Shown piece after piece: positions 24,653-37,479 of a stretch of DNA of 64,000 bases. The stretch comes from Psammoneis japonica (taxonomy: Eukaryota), in assembly GCA_008632985.1 (NCBI GenBank), contig QPGO01000003.1:124001-188000 (forward strand). The letters run 5' to 3'. Made by a program: the position numbers and the translations under genes. Under the pieces are notes generated by a model. The model was not told where the DNA came from. It searched no databases and saw only the letters and a program-made list of their open reading frames with translations. Each line of letters opens with the position of its first letter. Position 1 is the first letter of the stretch.

Positions 24653-27600
24653 ATGGGTCGTCCAAAGAAAAGCAAGAACAAGCCTGGGCATCGTGCTGGT
24701 GGAGACAGGCGATCTAAGAGCCGTGCAGAATCAAAGAAGAAGAAAACGGGAGCTTCGCATCCTGTTTTTGAGGCAGCAAAGCAGAACACTCAATGACGTG
24801 CTGATGAGGAGCTCTCACCTGACGAAAAACATCACAAGCATTGAGAGGCATTGCAGCGAGCTGTTCCAGCCCTTCAAGCTGCTTTTGAACATCCAGGCAA
24901 TCGACACTCTGTTCCTGGTTTGGTGGCAGCACCGTGTTCACCGGACGATCAAGATGAGATCAATGCCATTCTTGATGGAGATGTTGCTGTGCACGAGACG
25001 CAGCAGTCTGCGGTGCACCACCGCGATTCCTGCATGCCCCCCGAGGACACTCCCGTCCACAATCATTTGACTAAGATCAAAGCAAAAGTGCAAAAGAAAG
25101 ATGGCGAAACAATGACAAAAATCAAATCGGGCGCGAAATGGATGCCACCACCTTGCGATCCGCTCAGTGCTGGCTTGGGTTCATCACCAAAGCCTGACAA
25201 GTGGCACCTTGGAAGTTGCTGGGCACATCTTTGGTTTCCACCAACAGCCTGTCCCAATCACTCACCAGACAAGTGTGTGTGTGCTTTTTGTGGTGAAACC
25301 AACACCGAGTCAAAGGGACCAGTGTTCAGACCGATGGTTGAGTGGATGAAAACTGCACGGATGCTTCATCATTGCGCCCTTTGTCTCTCCCAAGGTTGCT
25401 GTGGCAGGTTGGATGATGATGGGAAAATTGCTAAATCATTTGCTGCCATTGACCCTCTGCATTTGTCAAAGCTTCCTCTGGAGGTGGCAGAGAGATTTGA
25501 TTTCGTCACAAGTCGCCGAGGGCCTGGAATGCACGAGAGCATGTGCTGTGCTTGTCGCGTTTGGCCAATCACTCTGTTTTTTCTGGTGCATTTTCATCAA
25601 TGGTTGATGAGACCTGAGCATTTGATTGTTCTCGGCAGCAATGCAGCTGCTGCAAGTGTCTTCTGGGTGGGATCCAGTTGAAGCTGTTGGCCACCGTGGG
25701 CAGGACATTGTTCCATGCTCGGCTTTTGCGGAGCCAGGAGCACACAATGGGGCACAACTGTCAGCTGCCAGGGTTGCAAACAGCTTTAATGTGTTCATGG
25801 AGGATGTGCTGGAGGAGCACATGCAGGGTTCGTTTGAGCACAATCAAGACGCACAGATTGCTGTTGATGAGACGTTCAAGTGCTGGAGTGAGGTCCAAGC
25901 ATGCCTTTCCAACGTTGGCCAGGTGAAACCGTTCCTTGCATCTTGCAATCTCATGTCAGGATCTGGGAAAGTGAGTGCAAGTTCACCTGTGTTTGGGAAA
26001 GGACAAGACGAAGTTGAGCCCATGCTCCGTCGCGTTCAGGTGGCAAGGAAGGCGCAAGGGGCACCCAAGCTCGGCCGATTCGACGCAGACAATGTAAAGG
26101 GCGGTTTGAACATGGCGAATCGTTCTTTTGAAGGTGCTGCTCACCATTCACATCTTTGAAAGTGTGTGGTGTGTGCTTCATTTTTCTGACCTTGAGTCTT
26201 CTTTCTTCCACACTGTCTTGCGCAGAGCTGAAGGATGGTGTCAGCCCGCACATCCCTAAATCTAACATGCCGGTCTTGCGATTGCCACGTGAAAGTTTTC
26301 GACGCGTTCCAGACACAGGTGGGAATCCGTGTGACATTGGGCCCGTAGACTTCTACGTGCGAGCTCCACAGTAAAATTATGCGGTAATTAAAATGTCAAT
26401 GATCGCCAACAGAAAATGAGGCAATTTTGCGAACGCACAAACTCGCCCATGATTGAAGTGCATCATTTTTTACTTGGCCAGTTGCATTCTTCAGACATTG
26501 AAGAATGTAACTGGCGCATCATTGTTTCTATAAATTCGTCACATTATAAAACGTCTGGGGCTTCGCAAAACAGAGAGTCTGGACAAATTTTTTTAAACAT
26601 CATACGTAGAAAGCTGCGTGCGAAACATGCGACGGATGACAAAAATTATTTGTGTCACACGTCAGCACTACGAGCTCCCACCTGGGGCTGGAACGCGTCT
26701 TTCATTGTTTTCGTGATGCAGCCAATGCAAATCAGTTTTTCCAGCAGAATCATGAGAACATCATCAATCTCCATGCCAGTTGTTCCGGAAAGCACTGTGG
26801 GCTCGACGCGGAGTGGAACCGAGGCCGCACTGTTGAAGCGGGCGTGTGTTGGCTGCAGGTGTCTTTCGAGGGCTTGCCTGTTGTTGTGAATGACATGCAT
26901 GCTGTGAAAGCATTCCCACATTGGTTGAAGAAAATGTTGGAAGATGGACGGCTCATTCCATGCGGCAGGCAAATTGGAGGCGACGTGAACAGACTGCTCA
27001 GGGGTCATGGAATCAAAGTCAAGGATCGTTTGGAGATTGGAGAGATGGCAAAGACGTGTGATGATGGTGGATCCACAGGTGTCACGGTGCTGTGTGAGCG
27101 TTGTCTGAATGTCACATTGTTGGACAAAGAGACTGGACAAAACACCGACTGTGAGAGCGAGTCATTGTCGCGCAACCCCGACGAGGAGACACTGACGCAC
27201 GCAGCTGCTGACGCAATTGCACACAGACTGCTCACAGTGCGTTTGCTTCAACTTGTTTTTGCAAAGCTCGGAGGTTTGTGTCAGCTGCCAGAGGCAAATC
27301 CAGTGAAGCCTGGCAGCATGGTGGACGTAATTGGTGGGGGGCGTGTCGCAGCCAGAGGTGCCGTGGTTCGAATCGGCAACTGCAGAGGCATGGGAGTGTT
27401 GACAAAGCATGGCGGTGAGCTTGTGGGCCAAGGAAAAGCACTGGCACAAATTGATGAAGTGCTGGCACCATCATGGAAATTGCCGCATGGATTTGCGGAT
27501 GACAATGCTGACGAGCCTAACTGCAGCAAAGGTGCACCTGTCGGAGACGTTTGCAGAAGGGGACACTCTGACGCGGTGGTTCTCCAGACAAGCCATCTTC

Positions 27601-30312
27601 GAATGCCACCACCGGAAGCATCTGACACAGATTTGCCTGTTGAGCATTTAGAAAACGATGTGGCAGGAAGGAGGGAGACCACTCGTTTAGCACTCAATGC
27701 CCCGCACCCCGAGTCCGATTCTACATCCGACCCCACCGAAACACACGCTGCTGAGACGTCTGGCAACCACGATAAATCAACACCAGATGAAATCTTGGAC
27801 ATGCTTCTTGAGGCTTCAAACCTTGATGATGACGCAAAGAACGAGCTTTGAAGCCGTGATGGATGCTCTTCCCGTGCGTCGAGATTGCCCGGTTGGTCCC
27901 CACCTGTGTGAACTCACCCGAGAGGCGTCCTTCATTGGGAATGATGAAGACTGCAATCCAATGTGTGAGGTGTTGAAATCCAAAGGCTTTTCTCCAGAAG
28001 ACATTGAAGAGTGTGAGTGCCACAACAAGGAGCATGTCAGAACTCGCGTCCGCATGCCGTGTCCCATTGCAGATGTGCACGCGTCAAATCTCCGAGTTGC
28101 ACACAAATTTGTTCGAGAGAGTGATGCATTCAAGCCATGTCTTACTCCAGAACTTGATGAATGGTTTGTCAACATGGCAATGAAAGCAGAGAAAGGTTGG
28201 TTTGAGCCTGTTCCCGATGTTTCAGTTTGCAGAGAGAAGGGCACAGATTCTGATGGGCTCCGACTTTGGTGGCGTGGCAGCGGAACCAACAGGTTAGAAA
28301 ATTTCCATCAGAAACTTTGGGCACTTTTGGTGGGTCAAGCGATCAGTGTTGAAACTGCTCACTGTCTGTTGGTGCTCCGAACGTTCCGTTGCAACGTCCA
28401 AACTGGCATTTTGTGCTGTGGCGAGCCCAACATTGGCCACCCATGTCTTCACACACTGGATGAGTTGCAGAACATCATGCAAAAACTCTTCAACGTGCTT
28501 GTGCTTCCCAGCCATGCAAATCTGTCGAACATGAAGCCAACCCGAACTGATTGGGTTGGAGTTGGAAAGGCAACGCTGGATGCGCAATTTGTGGAGCATG
28601 CTGATGAGCCGGATCCAGTGTTGACTCCGTCTTTAAAATTCATGGCAAAGCATCTTGGATTGCGGCACCCCCCCCCTTCCGCACAAAACAAAGGAAGACC
28701 ACATCCCACAAAAACAATGGTCGTCGAGCTCAACAGGAGCACCCGACCGATCTGATTTGGAGCGACTGATGATTTTACACAAGCAACAAGCAAATGGAAT
28801 CAACATTTTTCCCAAAACCATTTCTGTGGTCCGATCCAAGCATGAAAAGGACAAAGGAAGAGAAGCCATCAAGCACGCAAAATTGACAATGAAGGACGAG
28901 TGCAACAAAATCATTCAGAGTCTCCGTCTGCAGAGGGCTCCACCTCCTTCAGCAGTGTCACGGAAATCCATTCCCAACTTCTTGACACCGGCAGAGGATG
29001 GCGACAAAGCCTCAACATGCGTTCCTCCTGTTCAGGCCCCTTTTCAAAAAATTGAAGTTAAGTCAATGCAGCAAAGCAGAGCCTGTGCTTGTCGGGATTT
29101 AGGTTGCAAGCATGTGGCGTGGCAGTGCAATGGCTGGACATGACGAACTTGCAAGCACTGTGGCAAAGATGCTCCAAGCACGAAAAAGCAAAAAACTAGA
29201 AAGGAAGAATTGTCGGATCCATGCAGGCAATTCGCCTGGATTGGTCTTTGCAATGCTCGGGCCAGCATTTGCGGTGGCTACAACAAGTCTTCGTGCAAGT
29301 TTTATGGCAGAAATGGAATCCTAAAACAGCCCACGCAACATGCAAGACAGGAGAAGGAGCTGAAAAGAAAACGAAGTAACAAACTAAAGAACGTGGGGAA
29401 ACGACGAAAACTGGCAGAGGTTGCAGTGAAGTCGGCAACATCCACGCCAGATCATGCGCTCATAAATGGAGATCAGCAATGGGAGGTTTTGCCAGACAAG
29501 AGCAAAACGCAAGTGCTGGCAGACAACAACAACCACACCCATGTAATTGGAGAAACCGACGTGCTGAGGCTGCCTCATGACGTTCCTGTCAATGCACCGA
29601 ATGTGTGGGACCTGCTTCGGAGCGGGACTCTAATTGACGACAACGTCGTTCAGGGGCATTGCAACTTGCTCCGACAACAATTTTCTCGACTTGGCATTCG
29701 GGTTGTTAACACCAATTTTTACAACCAGCTACGATGATGCAGCTGGGCTGATGTCAACAGATGGGTGAAAGCAGTTGCCGATGACGAGTCTGGAGGCTGG
29801 GAGACATCGAAAGTCATTCTCACACCCATTTTTTCTGGATCGAACACGGCCGGACACTGGTCGATTTTTTTCATTGATCGTTCTTTTGAAGGAACAACTG
29901 CCAGCAGTGACACGAGGGAGCTTCTAGTCCATGCGGATAGCCTCCAGCCCCATGCAATCTGCAACAGCTGCACCAACAGCTTGTTGGTGCGCCACTCTGT
30001 CCTGAAAGACCCGGCGTCGAGTGCCTTGTTCCTCCACCTGCGGGACAAGGGCCAAATGATTGTGCTGTTCACACGTGTGTGAAAGCAGCAGCACACTTAA
30101 AAGCGATGGAAAATGGGTCTCTGTGTGCTTGCCACCATGACATCCAAAAGCCTGCGGTGGCATTTTCATTCTCTGGTGAGTCGACCTTGGAAGATTGGGG
30201 TGGCTTGGGACGTCAACACATCTTGCAAAGCTTGTGCCGAGGAAAAATTGATCTCGATGACCCAGTTGTTACGGAAATTTCGGTGTCTGTTTGCCTCCCA
30301 GGGAATCCGTAA
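24653..30312 (+). mobile_element. Decayed Mutator-like DDE transposase polyprotein with embedded DEDDy 3'-5' exonuclease and C-terminal Ulp1/C48 protease
   Basis: Putative catalytic motifs VDETFK, DADNV and GTNRLENFHQKL. WRN-like exonuclease GLDAEW..LQVS..GGDVNRL..HAAADA (~26790-27240). Ulp1-like GHWSIFFID..DSL..DC (~29600-30310). Frameshifts present. Possible 15-bp TIR at 24116-24130 / 38404-38418; no TSD found. Confidence 0.65.
26301..26699. mobile_element. MITE (399 bp) with 24-bp TIR and 4-bp TSD TTTC, inserted in the Mutator-like ORF
   Basis: GACGCGTTCCAGacacAGGTGGGA ... TCCCACCTggggCTGGAACGCGTC; TTTC at 26297-26300 and 26700-26703. Confidence 0.92.
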
Positions 30313-30946
30313 GTCGTCGCACTTGTAACACCGGCAGAGGCTGCCGACAGACCCAGAGAAGGGCTGTAAGTCCAAACCAAGAGTTGTGAGCGAAATGCAT
30401 GTCATGTTTAAAATTAACTCACATCAAGATCTGTGCTTGCCATGCTGAACAACACACAAAAGAAAGCACATTGTTTCAGCCTTTCTTGGCGTCAATCCTG
30501 GAATTTTGCTGTCAGCGAGCCATCTGGAGCGGCCACGAGAGACCGAGCCTACGGTGGCATTTTCATTCTCTGGTGAGTCGACCTTGGAAGATTGGGGTGG
30601 CTTGGGACGTCGACACATCTTGCAAAGCTTGTGCCGAGGAAAAATTGATCTCAATGACCCAGTTGTTGCGGAAATTTCGGTGTCTGTTTGCCTCCCAGGG
30701 AATCCGTAAGTCGTCGCACTTGTAACACCGGCAGAGGCCACCGAGAGACCCAGAGAAGGGCTGTAAGTCCAAACCAAGAGTTGTGAGCGAAATGCATGTT
30801 GTGTTTAAAATTAATTCACATCAAGATCTGTGCTTGCCATGCTGAACAACACACAAAAGAAAGCACATTGTTTCAGCCTTTCTTGGCGTCAATCCTGGAA
30901 TTTTGCTGTCAGCGAGCTATCTGGAGCGGCCACCGAGAGACCGAGC
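30149..30946. repeat. 397-bp tandem duplication covering the end of the Ulp1 region
   Basis: 30149-30545 is nearly identical to 30546-30946. Confidence 0.95.
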
Positions 30947-31327
30947 AAGGCGGGAAAAGCAGAGTGAGAAAAATGCACACCAGCAGTTTGGCAAACTCCA
31001 ATGTCACACTGGAGCAATCAACACTCACAGAAAAACGCCCGAAATGAAACACATTGTTTCAGCCGCTACGGATGCACCGAGAGACGGCGAGAAAAGCCGA
31101 GTGAGAATAAAACGTCCAGCGAGAACAGCCAAGTGAGAACAAAACGCAGATTGATGTAATGCCGTGTGACATCACATGGCATTGTCCACACTCACAGATG
31201 AAAACCAAAAGAAAAAAATGTTCTTTCGGTGGATCCTTGTCTCCTGTGGCACAAGCCTGCAATCCTGCTGCTCGCACCCCATCTGTTGAGAGGTCCATCT
31301 CTGGCGGCTGCACCGACAGACAGAGAG

Positions 31328-31572
31328 TGTTGCAATTTATCCTTCTGGTGACTATTTCAGAGCCACCTCAGTCCTCTAAGGTCTGATCCTGAGGCTAAAA
31401 TGGACAAGCTTGTCATCACAATGCTTTCTAAGAGTTGAAAGAGAACAATGACTGCTTCCATCTTCCATCGGCTGTTTCGTTGCTTCACGTGGAACACACA
31501 AGCGCTGACGTGTGCGTCTTCTTCACGCTGTCTAATTTTGGTGTTTGAACTTTTAACTCACCATTTCCAACA
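31328..31572 (-). repeat. 3' LTR of Copia element 1
   Basis: Direct repeat of 37480-37724 with six substitutions. Confidence 0.95.
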
Positions 31573-32100
31573 CACTCCTGCTGACCAATGACAAGATTCT
31601 TGCTGTCTCCAAATTTGACCATCTTGGGCACTTGGATGTTCATGATGGCTTGACGATCAGCAATGAACTTTTTGCCAACCACTGGTTTGGTCATGCAATC
31701 TGCCATCATCTTGTCTGTTGGGCAGAACCCAATCTCAAGTTCTCCTCGCTTGATGAGGTCAGTGATGCAAAAACACTTGATGTTGAAATGCCTCGTGCAT
31801 TTGCCCGAGCTGGCCTTTCCATTTTGTTCTAGTTTCGTGCAACTTTGATTGTCTCGATGCATGATGTTACGCTCGACTTCAAAACCTTGAGCTTCAACAA
31901 AACGCTTGGTCCAAAGGACCTTTGCCAAAACATCGTCTCCTGCGACGATCTCTGCTTCCGTAGAACTCCTGGTGTTGATCTTCTGCTTCGTGCTGACTGA
32001 TGTAATGACACCTTTTCCAAGGGTCATGGTAGAACCTGTGTGACTTTTACAGTCCGGATGGACTGCAAATGCGGCATCCGTGTGCCACTCGATGATGACT

Positions 32101-32490
32101 GACGCGTTCCAGCCCCAGGTGGGACTCCGTGTGACATTGGGCCCGTAGAATTCTACGTGCGAGCTCCGCAGTACGAGAATTTAATTAATGGATATATTTG
32201 TCTTCAACATCAAACAAACGGCCAAGTTTGTGGTGCAATTATGCCTCTTACCACTCGACGTTTTTGCAAATGCACCTGCCCTACGCGATTCTTAAGACAT
32301 TATAGAATCGCGCTGTAACAAAAAATGTCAAAAGTTGTTGGACGGATCGCTCAATAAGTGTACCGTAAAATGACACAAAATATCAAAAAAATCACGTAGA
32401 AATCTACGTGCGCGACATACGACGTGATTCAAAAAACTATCGATGTCACAGTTCAGTGGCACGAGGTCCCACCTAGACCTGGAACGCGTC
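32101..32490. mobile_element. MITE (390 bp), same family as 26301-26699, 4-bp TSD GACT, inserted in the Copia RT/RNase H junction
   Basis: Same TIRs; GACT at 32097-32100 and 32491-32494. Removal restores MSAGDKVIIEWHTDAAFAVHPD. Confidence 0.93.
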
Positions 32491-34839
32491 GACTTTGTCT
32501 CCAGCCGACATGACTGCGACATCAAGCTGGGTTGTCTTGAGGAAATTCATGAGCCTCACCAGCTTTGGCCAATCCGATTCATTCGGATCCTTGACCCTGG
32601 TGGAGAGAAAAGCAGTGCCAGGCTGAATGTCCTGTCTGGCTCTCTTGCACACAAACATGCCCTTCATCACAAAAGTGCAAAATGCTTGGGCATGCTTGAG
32701 ATCTAATTTCTTAGCTGTCTCACCCACCTTGTTGAGCTTCTCGCTCCACGGGCAATCCACGTCACCCGACAATTCTTCTGGGAATTTCTTGAAGAATTCC
32801 TTGACCATTTCTTGCACACAAAGCACCATGTCAACTTGCAATGCTCCTGGAATGGAGCAATCTAGAGTCATGGCTGGACAGTCATGCCTCTTTCCACGCG
32901 TGACTTTGACCTTTCCGATCTCATCCGCATGAGTTTTGTCCAACCAAATCTTGAATTCATCGTTGACCTTGCTGTCAACGTGGCTAGACTTCAAATCGTC
33001 CACATGCCATGTCACCGTATGTTGTTTTCCATTCACGATGCGGTTGGCGGCACATGGATCACAAGGATTGATCTCAAATCCGATTCCTTCGATGTCTCTG
33101 CGGAACTTCTTGCAATGAAGAATGGAAGACACCAGCATTCCGTAGAGTGCCTTCAACATTTCAACGCAGAGAACCTTGTGTTTGCCTTCGTGCACGACGC
33201 AGTCCTGGCAAGTGTCTGGATCCAATTCCAGCAACATGTCCACCATCCTTCCACGGATCTTCATGATGATCTTTTCATCCTTGACCTCGATGTCCGTTTG
33301 CACAAATGCGTTTGGAATGTCTGCCGTCACAACGTCTCTGCCTTGCTTGGCATCAATCACTCCTGCAATGAGAACAGATTCTGTTGATGCTGTCGGACTG
33401 GCAGTTTCATCTCGGTCCATGCACTCTCGTTGCGTGCTTCCGTTTGCACACAACCTTGACTTGATTCGTCCATCTCTCTTCTCTGTGAGAAACATGAGGC
33501 TCTCCATGGCTCTCTTCCTCTCCAGTGGAGTCATGTCCTTGATGTGGATGGGTTTGAAAACCACTCTGTCATGGATTTGCTTCAGCTCTGACACTGCCGA
33601 CTTGTGGCCTTCTTCTCCAAACTTCTGGAGTCCTCGTGCCAAGCTGCAAGTCTGAACAAATTGGTGTGCTTCTTCATCAGTGGAAATCATGCTGACCTTT
33701 TCGTTCCACTGGCACATTGTCATGGCCATGATTCTGGCCATCTCCAAGCTGCGCGCTTCTTCTTGTGAATGGGCTTGAGTCTGCAGATGGCATTGGCAGT
33801 CTCCCAATCTAACTGGAGGTTTGAGAGTCCTTCCTGCCCTGGATGTAGCAACAGGCTCTTCTTGGACACTTTCTTCAGTTTCGCTCTGCTCCTCTCCAGA
33901 TTCGTCATCAGATTCCAGGTCTTTCATTTCGTCGATGATCTCTTGCACTTCCGGAGAGTGTTCCTTCTCTTGTTCCAGCCTCTGTTGTTCATCAATGTGG
34001 TCAATCATGTCATCGATTTCTTGTGAGATTCCGCTGCCGTCTGATGGTTGAGAACCAACTTCATCATTGTCTCCGAGATGCTCATCATTGGAGGTTTCTT
34101 CTTGAGTCTCGTCTTGTTGTTCACTGATGCAGCTGGCTTCTTCATCCAATTCTTGTTCCCGAATTGTGTCTTGCAGCTCTTCTTGACTAACTCTGTCACA
34201 GTCTCCCCAGTCTAGCTCTTCTTCCTCATTGTCTTCAGTTTCAATGTCTTCTTCTAGATCACAATCTTCGTCTTCAAATTGATCTTCATCACAATCCACT
34301 CCTGCAAGCCAAGCACTGTCGTACAAAACAGCTCCAGTGCGGTTCTGAATCTTGAGACTGTTGGGCATCTTGTTCATTTCAGCCAAACGATGAACCTGCT
34401 TTATGATGGCGGGAGTGATGGGCACAGGGGTGACCTTGCGACGAGTGATCTTCTTGCCGGTTTGCAAGTGCAGCAACTCATGTCCAATCTGGTTGCTGTC
34501 GGTGGGGCGCAAATGAATGCAATCCAAGGTCCGTGACTCTTGGGTGTTCTTGGGGTCTGGGTCATTGTGAGCTTGCACACAAGTGCCGAACGTGATCTTG
34601 CAGCTCTTGCCACAGTCTAGATTCTTTTGATGGAGAACCATTCTTGGACTGCAATGTTTGGAAACACCGTGCTTGGCTGGAAAATGGTTGAGCTTCTTAG
34701 CAGCTTCAGTGACCATGACTTCGACCATGAGTTTTGGCAGATGCTTGAATGGCAGCTGATGATGGACTGCCCTGGCACGTTCTTGAACAACTCGGTTGTT
34801 TCTTTCGGCTTCTGGGACATGCTCCTGAGCATTTGCATT

Positions 34840-35240
34840 TCCGCTTCGGACAACACATCACTCTGGACTTCCCCGCCGACAATGTACAACAGCTTGCTGT
34901 CTCTGTTCTTTTTGAGCCTGTGATTCATGGGTGAACGATGTAGAAGACGATTGGGAGGCAACTGATGACTCAGACGAGGACCAACTGCTTTGCGTCCTGA
35001 CGATGCAGGAGCACACTGCTGATTCATGTCGGAGTGATTCCGTCTTTGTGGGAGTGCACCAAATGGTCAACACGTGAATCGTCAGCAGATTTGTCGTTTC
35101 TGTGTTTGTTCTTTCTATGCAATGGTGGCATGAAGCAGCAAAAAGTGGTGGCAGCTCACATTCTCAGGGCCAAACGCCGGCAGGTCGCGATGAAAATGCT
35201 CTCTTGACAAGTTTAAGACTCATCACTCTCGGTCTCAACA
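34840..35240 (-). mobile_element. Foreign ~400-bp insert in Copia integrase, possibly the 5' LTR and leader of another LTR element
   Basis: Integrase breaks after DNEF and resumes at ANAQEHVPE. On the minus strand the insert begins TGTTGAG and has ...CA TTTGGTG (PBS-like) near 35064. Confidence 0.5.
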
Positions 35241-37479
35241 TAAATTCGTTGTCGCAATGAATGCGTGTGACCTTCAAATCGGCCTTGTTGTAGACTCGCA
35301 GCACATCTTCCAGAGCTTCTTGATGAGTTGGTTGGGTCAAGTCCTTGAGCGGTTGTGCCGTGCGATAAAAAATGTTTCGTGACACTGTGGTGAGGAATGG
35401 CAATCCATTCACCTTGAGGCCATCCAGGCAAAGAGTGACCTTGTGCTGCGCTGCAATGAGCTCCTTCGGGATCTCCACGCAGTCTTCTGCAACTGGGTCT
35501 GGCTTCTGCCTTGTGACCTTGCCTTTTAGACTTCCAATGTCTGGTCCAAAAATCTTCTCGGCCAAATCTACATCCTCCGTTGTGACGGGATTGTTCTTGA
35601 TGCTGTTCATGCGAATGATGGCCTTCAGATCGTTCACGGTTGGGTTTCCCAACGCATGCAACAATTCCCTGGCCCTCTTGGCTTTCTCGAACTGTCGTGG
35701 AGTGTAGAACTTCTTGTTCTCTTCCACACTCTGCACAAATTGGAGCTGAGCTCCAGTGTCATTGATCTTGGGCTTGCAAACGTGCAGCCCTTTTCCGTCC
35801 TCCTCGAACCCAACCTTCTTGTTGGGGAGATGAACGGTGAATGCGTTGTCTTGCTTAGAATCACTTGTGATTCTGTGCTTCTTCTTCATGTCAGAGCAAG
35901 CAAAAATGTTGGTGATTGCATCTGGGTTAAACCAAGTCTCGCCAAACCCTGGCACCGTGGCCTTGTGTGTCGTGACCAGGACTCCGCCATTGGTGTGCAA
36001 ACGCATGGCTTCATCCGACGGACGGATGTCTGTAACGAGCTTCTCATTGCAGAAGATTGTGGTTGTGGGCTGGTTGTCCAATAAAATCCAGTCTCTCATG
36101 CTGCCAGATTGATCCTGGCAGAGAGATGCATCGATGTGCGTGCCAGCCCATCCTGAAACAGCAGATTTTGTTCCAGTGGATTCTTTGGCAGAAGAGTTGG
36201 CTGTGCTGGCATCGTCACTTGCTTGAGCGTTGCTTGCTTCTTCCTTAGCTTTGGCCTTGTTGATGGCCCATTCTGCTTGAGGTTTTCCTTTCCTTTCCCA
36301 GCAATTTTTGGAATTGTGTCCAGCCTTGCCACGGCAGCAACACCTCCCTTCTAACTGAGCGAAGGACAGCGTGATTTCTTGGTTTTCTTCTTGTTTCTTG
36401 GAGTCAGAGTTGTTGTTTCGATTGTCCCTGTTACGGTGGTTGTCAGGCTGACCAACGCAGTCAAAAGTGTGGTTGCTCAACACCGTGTTGGCTTCCGCAA
36501 TGGACTTGGGACATTGGTCGTTCTTGAGGGACTGCTGAGTGTTCAATCCTGTTAGAATTGATCCGCGCTTGCGCTGGTCTGCGTTCTCCAAGTGCATGTG
36601 ACCCATCAATTGGCTGAGTGCCTTTTCTTGACACTTCTTGACAGAATCTGCATTGTGCTCGTCGCATTCTGACATGCCTTGCACTGCCTTGGTGAGGACA
36701 ATTGGTCCTCCAATGTGAGACTTCATGATGTCCCTTGCAACCCTGAATCTCTTGGTGCAATCTTGGAGACTCTCCTTCTCCTTCTGCTTGGTTTCCAGCA
36801 CCGCTCTCATTGAATCTGAGATTGTGGCCATGTCATGCCTGTGCTCTTGGTGGTTCAATGCATGCTCCTTAATGGCCTTGAGCAATTCAATGGGATCATT
36901 TTCAATTGTGGTCTGGAAGTCGGTTCTTGCTTGAATCTTGTTCTTCATGGCCTTGGAGCATCTCTCCCAGAGCAAAGCACAAGCCTTGATGAGGTTGTTC
37001 TCACAAGTTTGAGTCCTCTTAATGTGAGCATCAAATTCTGTCTTGAACTCAATTTCACACTGTTTGTTCAATGGCACGTCCACTTTGTCATTTCCAGTCG
37101 AGCTGACCTGCAAAGTCGGCTTCCCAGAACTCATGTCACATGGAGTGAAAGTGTTGAGTGCAGTTGCAATGTCATTTCCAAACTCACAAGTCTTCTCAAT
37201 GTAGTTGATGATGAACTCAGCAGCAATCTGAAAATCAGATGCTTGCTTGGCACTTCCAACACAATGGACACAATCATTGATGCCCTTGTTGCTTTGCTTG
37301 CCACTCTTGTTGCCCCTTCCTGAGGGTCCTCTTCCTTGGCTTCCATCGGCAGTTCTGCCTTTGCCTCTTCCACTCATGATAAAAAGGCAAAGCAGCAAAA
37401 TGTCTCACACACCATGAGAATGACTCTTTTCTTTCTTGCTTTCTTTTCACTGCTCTCAGCTGGATCATTCTCTTTTAAC

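Noticed and set aside
26301..26699. MITEs acting as spliceable introns (Introner-like)
   Set aside because: A CAG|GTGGGA donor-like site exists in the TIR, but no acceptor restoring the host frame was evident and the hosts are dead TEs.
32985..33012. HVDDL instead of YVDD in the RT as evidence of mutation
   Set aside because: To my knowledge WHVDDL occurs natively in diatom Copia lineages, so it is not used as evidence.
31573..37398. Alternative genetic code (TGY or CAY read as Tyr)
   Set aside because: Host genes use TAY for conserved Tyr and TGY/CAY for catalytic Cys/His. TA loss also affects non-coding DNA and all codon positions.
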